From the NCBI GenBank assembly GCA_963794525.1, contig CAWCEC010000004.1:177637-241636 (forward strand): a DNA stretch of 64,000 bases. Reading direction: 5' to 3'. This stretch comes from an uncultured Chloroflexia bacterium. GTDB taxonomy: Bacteria > Chloroflexota > Limnocylindria > Limnocylindrales > CSP1-4. Shown here one piece after another: positions 58,497 to 64,000 of the stretch; position 1 is the first letter of the stretch, and the number at the start of each line of letters is the position of its first letter. The position numbers and the translations under genes are program-made. The notes under the pieces were generated by a model. The model saw only the letters and a list, made by a program, of their open reading frames with translations, made no database searches and was not told the origin of the DNA.

Positions 58497-58907
58497 ATGG
58501 ACGACCTGTACCGCGACTACATCCTCGAGCACTACCGCCAGCCCCATAACTTCGGGGTGATCGAGGATGCCGACGCGAGCTTCGAGGGATCCAACCCGCT
58601 GTGCGGCGACCGGATCACGCTGATGCTCGGCGTCAAGGACGGCATCGTGGACCGTGTCGGGTTCACCGGTCGCGGCTGCGCCATCAGCCAGGCGAGCGCG
58701 AGCCTGCTGACCGACGAGATCAAGGGCAAGCCGCTCAAGGACGTCGCATCGTTCCGTGCCGACGACCTGCTCGACCTGCTCGGCATCGAGATCGGCCCCG
58801 CGCGGTTGAAGTGCGCGATGCTGAGCCACGAGAGCCTCCAGCACGTGCTCGAGGACCTCGGCGCCGCCGCTCCGCAGACGAAAGCCACGGAAGGCGCGCA
58901 GGCATGA
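58497..58907 (+). CDS. sufU: SufU/IscU-type scaffold/sulfur-transfer protein
   Basis: LYRDYILEHY, NPLCGD, GCAISQAS, RLKCA. Confidence 0.92.
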   Translation: MDDLYRDYILEHYRQPHNFGVIEDADASFEGSNPLCGDRITLMLGVKDGIVDRVGFTGRGCAISQASASLLTDEIKGKPLKDVASFRADDLLDLLGIEIGPARLKCAMLSHESLQHVLEDLGAAAPQTKATEGAQA

Positions 58908-59006
58908 TACGGATCGAGCGCCGCTGCAGGTGTCGCCCGCCGGCTTGAGCCGGCACGCGTCGCGACCCGCAAGGGCCCCAACCACCATCCACCCGCCCTG
59001 GCCGCC

Positions 59007-60275
59007 ATGAGCAGCCAGCCCGTCGACCCACCGGAGCGAACCCTACCGATGCCGAAATCCTACGCCGACCTCCTGCGTGAGGCCCGCGCCCAGATCCGCG
59101 AGGTCACCCCGCAGGAGGTGGAAGCCCTCCCCGCCGACGCGGCCACTCTCGTCGACGTCCGTGAGGCGTCTGAGTGGGAGCAGGGCCACCTGCCCGGCGC
59201 GCACCACGTTTCCAAGAGCTACATCGAGCAGCAGATCGAGGCCGCCGCGCCCGACCGCGACGCGCCAGTGATCCTCTACTGCGCGGGCGGCATCCGCTCG
59301 CTGTTCGCGGCCCAGACCCTCGCCGACATGGGCTACTCCGACGTCGCAAGCATGTCCGGGGGCTTCCAGGCCTGGAAGGGCGCCGGCTTCGACTTCGAGA
59401 CGCCGGTCGTGCTGAACGCCGAGCAGAAGCAGCGCTACAGCCGCCACCTGCTGATCCCCGAAGTCGGCTCGTCGGGCCAGAAGCGCCTGCTCGAGTCGAA
59501 GGCGCTGCTCATCGGTGCCGGCGGGCTCGGCAGCCCGGCCGCGCTGTATCTCGCCGCCGCGGGCGTCGGCACGATCGGTCTCGTCGACTTCGACGTCGTC
59601 GACCTCAGCAACCTGCAGCGCCAGATCGTCCACACGACCGACCGGATCGGCGAGCGCAAGGTCGAATCCGCGCGGATCTCCATCAACGCCCTCAACCCGG
59701 ACGTCGATGTCGTCCAGCACGAGGAGATGCTGACGGCCGCGAACGTCGAGCGGCTGATCGACGGTTACGACGTCATCGTCGACGGCACCGACACGTTCGA
59801 GACCCGCTACGTCCTCAACGACGCCGCCGTCGCGGCCGGCATCCCGGTCGTGCACGCAAGCGTGTTCCGGTTCGAGGGGCAGCTCACCACGTTCATCCCG
59901 TACGAGGGGCCGTGCTATCGCTGCCTGTATCCGACACCGCCGCCGCCTGAGTTGGCTCCGGGCTGCTCGGTCGCCGGGGTCCTCGGCGTGGTGCCCGGCA
60001 TCCTCGGACTGCTCCAGACCAACGAAGCGCTGAAGATCCTGCTCGGCATCGGCAATACGCTGGCCGGCCGGCTGGTGCTGTTCGATGCACTCGAGACCGA
60101 GTTCACCGAGCTCCAGCTCCGGCGTGACCCGCAGTGCCCGGTCTGCTCGGACGCCGCCGTCGAAGCCCGCAAGGCCGGGCGGCCGCTCGCGACCGCCAAT
60201 CTCGGCGCGGACGCGCCGTTCCTCATGACCACGACCGGCTTGGCCGGCTCGGTGTCGCCCGAGGCGCGCGGGTGA
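59007..60275 (+). CDS. moeB: Rhodanese-ThiF/MoeB adenylyltransferase (N-terminal rhodanese)
   Basis: DVRE, YCAGGIRS; RYSRH, GAGGLG, SNLQRQ, CYRC, CSVAG, CPVC. Start is 59007 or 59049. Confidence 0.92.
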   Translation: MSSQPVDPPERTLPMPKSYADLLREARAQIREVTPQEVEALPADAATLVDVREASEWEQGHLPGAHHVSKSYIEQQIEAAAPDRDAPVILYCAGGIRSLFAAQTLADMGYSDVASMSGGFQAWKGAGFDFETPVVLNAEQKQRYSRHLLIPEVGSSGQKRLLESKALLIGAGGLGSPAALYLAAAGVGTIGLVDFDVVDLSNLQRQIVHTTDRIGERKVESARISINALNPDVDVVQHEEMLTAANVERLIDGYDVIVDGTDTFETRYVLNDAAVAAGIPVVHASVFRFEGQLTTFIPYEGPCYRCLYPTPPPPELAPGCSVAGVLGVVPGILGLLQTNEALKILLGIGNTLAGRLVLFDALETEFTELQLRRDPQCPVCSDAAVEARKAGRPLATANLGADAPFLMTTTGLAGSVSPEARG

Positions 60276-60544
60276 GCACGGTCTACATCCCGGCCGTGCT
60301 CCGGCCGAACGTGGGCGGCGTGAAGTCAGTCGAGATCGAGGGCGACTCCATCCGATCGGTCGTCGGCGGTCTCATCGAGCGGCACCCGTCGCTCGGCGGC
60401 CAGCTGCTGACCGACGAGGGCGACCTCAACCGGTTCGTCAACGTGTACGTCAATGGCCAGGACGTCCGTTACCTGGCCGGCCTCGACACCCCGGTCGCCG
60501 GGACCGACGAGGTCCGTCTGCTGCCGGCGATGGCCGGCGGCTGA
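60272..60544 (+). CDS. MoaD/ThiS-family sulfur carrier (CysO-like)
   Basis: FVNVYVNGQDVRYL, C-terminal PAMAGG; GTGA overlap. Confidence 0.92.
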   Translation: MSTVYIPAVLRPNVGGVKSVEIEGDSIRSVVGGLIERHPSLGGQLLTDEGDLNRFVNVYVNGQDVRYLAGLDTPVAGTDEVRLLPAMAGG

Positions 60545-60547
60545 CGC

Positions 60548-61561
60548 ATGGCCGTCCCGTGGCGGATCGGCGAGGCCGATCACGACCACACGCACGCCCA
60601 CGAGGACCTGGCGCCGCACGGCGGCCGCTACGCGGACATCCTCGACGCGATCGGCCACACGCCGCTCGTCGAGATCCCGCGGATGAGCCCGAACCCCGCG
60701 GTCCGCATCTTCGCCAAGCTGGAGATGCTCAACCCGACGGGCTCCGTCAAGGATCGCGCTGCGAAGTACCTGATCGAGGACCTGGAGGCTCGCGGCCTCC
60801 TGCACGAGGATTCGATCATCCTCGAACCGACGTCCGGTAACACCGGTATCGCGCTCGCGATGATCGGACGGCGCAAGGGCTATCGCGTGGCGCTGGTCAT
60901 GCCCGACAACGTCACCAACGAACGTCGGCAGATGGCGGCGCTGTACGGCGCCGAGGTTATCGACTCGCCGGGCGCCCTCGGGTCGAACGGCGCGATCGCG
61001 CTGGCCAAGCACCTCGTCAACAAGGACGAGCGGTTCGTGATGCCATACCAGTACGGCAACCCGGCCAATCCGCAGGCTCATTACGAGACGACCGGCCCGG
61101 AGATCCTGGCCGACTGCCCGGAGATCGACACGTTCGTCGCCGGGCTCGGCACCGGTGGGACGCTCATGGGTGTATCGCGCTACCTGCGCGAGCACAAGCC
61201 GGGTGTGCGCATCGTGGCCGCGGAGCCGATGCCCGGCGAGAAGGTCCAGGGGCTGCGATCGCTCGATGACGGGTTCATCCCGGAGATCCTCGACGCGGAC
61301 ATGCTCGATGCGAAGTACCTGGTCTCGAACTTGGACGCGCTGACCGCGCTCCGCGAGCTCGTCTTCCGCGAGGGCATCTTCGGCGGACCGTCGTGCGGGG
61401 CCGTGCTGGTGGCTGCCGCCCGCGAGGCGACACGGATGCGTGCGGGCACGATCGTCGCGCTGCTGCCAGACGGCGGCTGGAAGTACCTCTCGGCGGGCAC
61501 GTTCACGACCGATTTCGACGAGATGCAGGACGCCCTCGAAGGCGGCGTCAACTGGTGGTAG
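60548..61561 (+). CDS. cysM: PLP-dependent cysteine synthase, CysM-type
   Basis: IGHTPLV, NPTGSVKDR, PTSGNTG, GLGTGGT, DGGWKYLS. Confidence 0.88.
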   Translation: MAVPWRIGEADHDHTHAHEDLAPHGGRYADILDAIGHTPLVEIPRMSPNPAVRIFAKLEMLNPTGSVKDRAAKYLIEDLEARGLLHEDSIILEPTSGNTGIALAMIGRRKGYRVALVMPDNVTNERRQMAALYGAEVIDSPGALGSNGAIALAKHLVNKDERFVMPYQYGNPANPQAHYETTGPEILADCPEIDTFVAGLGTGGTLMGVSRYLREHKPGVRIVAAEPMPGEKVQGLRSLDDGFIPEILDADMLDAKYLVSNLDALTALRELVFREGIFGGPSCGAVLVAAAREATRMRAGTIVALLPDGGWKYLSAGTFTTDFDEMQDALEGGVNWW

Positions 61562-62247
61562 CCGCGAGTCGGCCGAGCGTCCCTAGCCTGGACCCAAAGC
61601 GTGTCGTGGCCGATGGCTATGACGCGATCGCCGAGCGCTATTTCGAGTGGAGCGACGCCTCGCCCTCGCCGACGCGACTCGCCTGGCTCGAACGGGCGAT
61701 GCGTCGGATCCCGCAAGGAAGCGACGTGCTGGATCTCGGCTGCGGGGCCGGGATCCCGATGACGCGGGCGCTCGCGGCGGGTCGGCGCGTGACGGGCGTC
61801 GACCTGTCGGCCCGGCAGATCGAGCTCGCGCGGCGCAACGTTCCCGAAGCGACGTTCATCCACGCGGACATGACCACCCTACGGCTGCCACCGGACAGCC
61901 TCGATGCCGTCGTCGCGTTCTACTCGCTCACACACCTGCCACAGGCCGAATCTCCGGTCGTCCTGGCGTCGATCTTCCGCTGGCTCCGACCAGGTGGCGT
62001 ATTCCTTGGTTCGATGGGAGCCTATGAGGCGCCGGACGAGATCGAGGCCGATTGGCTCGGCATCCCGATGTTCTTCGGTCACCCGGGCGCGAAGCGAAAC
62101 CGCGCCATGGTGCGACGCACCGGCTTCGTCCTCGAGACGGCCGTCGTCGAGGTGGAACCAGAGGATCGCCACGACGCGCTCTTCCTTTGGGTGGTCGCCC
62201 ACAAGCCGGGCAGCGATTCGTCCGATCGACCAAGGGCCGATCGATGA
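61555..62247 (+). CDS. Class I SAM-dependent methyltransferase
   Basis: VLDLGCGAG, GVDLS, HADM, AFYSLTH, LRPGG; start approximate. Confidence 0.88.
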   Translation: MVAASRPSVPSLDPKRVVADGYDAIAERYFEWSDASPSPTRLAWLERAMRRIPQGSDVLDLGCGAGIPMTRALAAGRRVTGVDLSARQIELARRNVPEATFIHADMTTLRLPPDSLDAVVAFYSLTHLPQAESPVVLASIFRWLRPGGVFLGSMGAYEAPDEIEADWLGIPMFFGHPGAKRNRAMVRRTGFVLETAVVEVEPEDRHDALFLWVVAHKPGSDSSDRPRADR

Positions 62248-62711
62248 CCAGCGCGACACATCCCGGACCGGCGACGGCACAGCTGCCGGCAACGATGACC
62301 CAGACATTGATCGACCACGCCCGAGCGGAGAACCCGAACGAGGCCTGCGGTCTCATCGTCGGCGACCGACCCGCGGCGAACGGCGGTCGCGCCCTCCGGT
62401 TCATTCCGACCCGGAATGTCGCCGCCTCGCCGTATCGATACGAGATCCATCCCGACGACCTGTACCGGCTGACCGTCGAAACCGATGACGCGGACGAGGC
62501 CTTCTGGGGCATCGTCCATTCCCACACCCACACGCCGGCAGTGCCGTCACCGACCGACATCGGGCTCGCGTTCTACCCGGACGCCCTGTACATGCTCGTG
62601 TCGCTCAGCGCGGACGAGGCGGACCAGGCGACCGGCATGCCCAGCATCCGGGCATGGCGGATCGTCGACGGCCACGTCCACGAGGTCGCGATCGACGTCA
62701 TCGAGGGATGA
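62244..62711 (+). CDS. JAB/MPN+ metalloprotease (Mec-like)
   Basis: NEACG, HSHT...PSPTD (JAMM motif); ATGA overlap. Confidence 0.92.
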   Translation: MTSATHPGPATAQLPATMTQTLIDHARAENPNEACGLIVGDRPAANGGRALRFIPTRNVAASPYRYEIHPDDLYRLTVETDDADEAFWGIVHSHTHTPAVPSPTDIGLAFYPDALYMLVSLSADEADQATGMPSIRAWRIVDGHVHEVAIDVIEG

Positions 62712-63106
62712 CGGCGGCGGACCGGCCGCGTCTAGGGGCGATGATCGCGGTCGCGCTGGGCGTCCTGGCGATCGTTGGCGCGACCGTCGTCGGCTGGAAC
62801 GACGCCTGGCTCGAAGCCGTCGTAGCGCCGCCACCGATCGTCCGCGCAGCCCTCGTCGGCGGCGCCGTCGCGCTGGGCGCCCTGCTGCTGGCACGCTCGG
62901 TCGGGCGGATGGCGGAGGCCGGCACCCAGGACGTGCAGGGCCTCATCCGGGCCGTCCGCCTCGCGTTCCTGGCGGTGGCCGCATTCGCCGCTGCGGCCGG
63001 CTGGGCGCTCGGGCATCCGCTCCCGCTGATCGTTGCCGCGGTCATCGCCGGCATCGACGTCATCGAGACGTCGTTCCTCTTACTCGTGGTCGGTCGGGGT
63101 CGCTAG
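62708..63106 (+). CDS. Small 4-TM membrane protein
   Basis: Four hydrophobic segments; ATGA overlap with the JAB gene. Confidence 0.7.
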   Translation: MTAADRPRLGAMIAVALGVLAIVGATVVGWNDAWLEAVVAPPPIVRAALVGGAVALGALLLARSVGRMAEAGTQDVQGLIRAVRLAFLAVAAFAAAAGWALGHPLPLIVAAVIAGIDVIETSFLLLVVGRGR

Positions 63107-64000
63107 GTCGGCGTTCCCGCTCGGTCAGCGGCAAGCGAGCCGACGCGCTCGATGAGGCGGTCGAGGAAGGTCTCGGCATCCGCGGTCATTGCCACGTCGA
63201 GGTTGGGGGGCCGACCCTTGAGGTGCCGCCGGTCGGCGACGGTCATGCCGGTCGTCAGCTCACCGCTCGTCTCGACATCGACGTAGAGCGCCTCGGTCGT
63301 CACCAGGCCGCGATCGAGCGTCGCCGCGACGGCGAGAGGATCGTGGATGAAGGCGCCGTAGAAGCCGTCGTACCGCTGGTGGAACTCGAAATAGAAGCGG
63401 AGCGCGTCGGCGAGGAAGCGGATCACCGGGTTCGACGCGGCCGACCGTTCCCCGCCGAGTGGATCGTCCTGGTCGGCGAGCGCAAGTGACTCGTCCGGCG
63501 TGCTGTCGGCTCGCCGTGCAAGCCGGACGACATGCTCCGGCAAGATCCGCGCCTGCTCGGTCGCGTCGAGCCCCAGCGCCAGCGGGCGTGGGATCGTCGG
63601 ATCGGCCTGGATCGCGTCCGCCCACGCGCGGAACACGATCCGTGCCGCCTCGGGATCGCAGTGCAGGTTCCACTCGGTCGTCGGTGTCGTGTTGCCCGGC
63701 ACGCCGAAGGCGCCGCCCATCAGCACGAAACCCCGGAGCAGTCGGGGGAGGGCCGGTTCCTGCTCGAGAGCCGCCGCGAGGTTGGTCAGCGGGCCGAGGG
63801 TGACCAGCGTGACCTCGCCCGCGAACCTGCGGGCCTCCTCGATGATCACGTCGACACCGTGACGGTCGCTGGCCGAGCGGGTCGGCGGCGGGAGCTGGGC
63901 ATGCCCGATGCCGTACGGGCCGTGCGTTTCGGGGGTCGTCTCGAGCGGGCGCACGAGCGGCACCTCCCGCCCGATCGCGACCTCGACGTCCGTTCGTCCA
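63103..64000 (-). CDS. Inosine-uridine-type nucleoside hydrolase (5'-truncated by window edge)
   Basis: HGPYG, TLGPLTNLA, MGG, GNTTPTTEWN...DPEAA, IHDPLA; the frame stays open to base 64000. Confidence 0.9.
   Translation of the reverse strand, partial: GRTDVEVAIGREVPLVRPLETTPETHGPYGIGHAQLPPPTRSASDRHGVDVIIEEARRFAGEVTLVTLGPLTNLAAALEQEPALPRLLRGFVLMGGAFGVPGNTTPTTEWNLHCDPEAARIVFRAWADAIQADPTIPRPLALGLDATEQARILPEHVVRLARRADSTPDESLALADQDDPLGGERSAASNPVIRFLADALRFYFEFHQRYDGFYGAFIHDPLAVAATLDRGLVTTEALYVDVETSGELTTGMTVADRRHLKGRPPNLDVAMTADAETFLDRLIERVGSLAADRAGTPT

Overview
High-GC bacterial chromosomal segment, about 55 genes. Chloroflexota (Limnocylindria-like) or Actinomycetota is my inference from composition and gene style, not a verified assignment. 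All calls come from reading motifs in the translations; no database search was run. Five blocks: (1) 1-16.1 kb, a catabolic island with peptide-type ABC permeases, an S1P-lyase-like PLP enzyme, two ThDP enzymes, a CocE/NonD hydrolase, a D-aminoacylase, GNAT, SDR, MFS and an amidohydrolase. It is tied together by a five-copy palindromic motif (GATT)GTCGACAATCTAC and carries four single-base frameshifts. (2) 16.2-20.2 kb, a 4xGAF/2xGGDEF/EAL c-di-GMP enzyme. (3) 20.4-48.5 kb, a methylated-amine/C1 region: two GcvT-type flavoprotein dehydrogenases, ETF, an IclR-controlled corrinoid/MeTr/RACo/non-Pyl MttB/MTHFR operon, and SAM-I riboswitch-metH-YitJ-like. Embedded in it is an unexplained translationally coupled nucleotidyltransferase + metallophosphoesterase + APC permease module, my best candidate for an undescribed system. 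(4) 48.5-58.2 kb, Rrf2-sufC-sufS with an IscR-type operator but no sufB/D, then a convergent ABC/FAD-oxidoreductase operon and an orphan gene. (5) 58.5-64 kb, sufU-moeB(rhodanese)-MoaD/CysO-cysM-methyltransferase-JAB (thiocarboxylate sulfur relay) and a truncated nucleoside hydrolase. Several intergenic gaps hold highly structured palindromic elements. I saw no tRNA, rRNA, CRISPR array, transposase or integrase.
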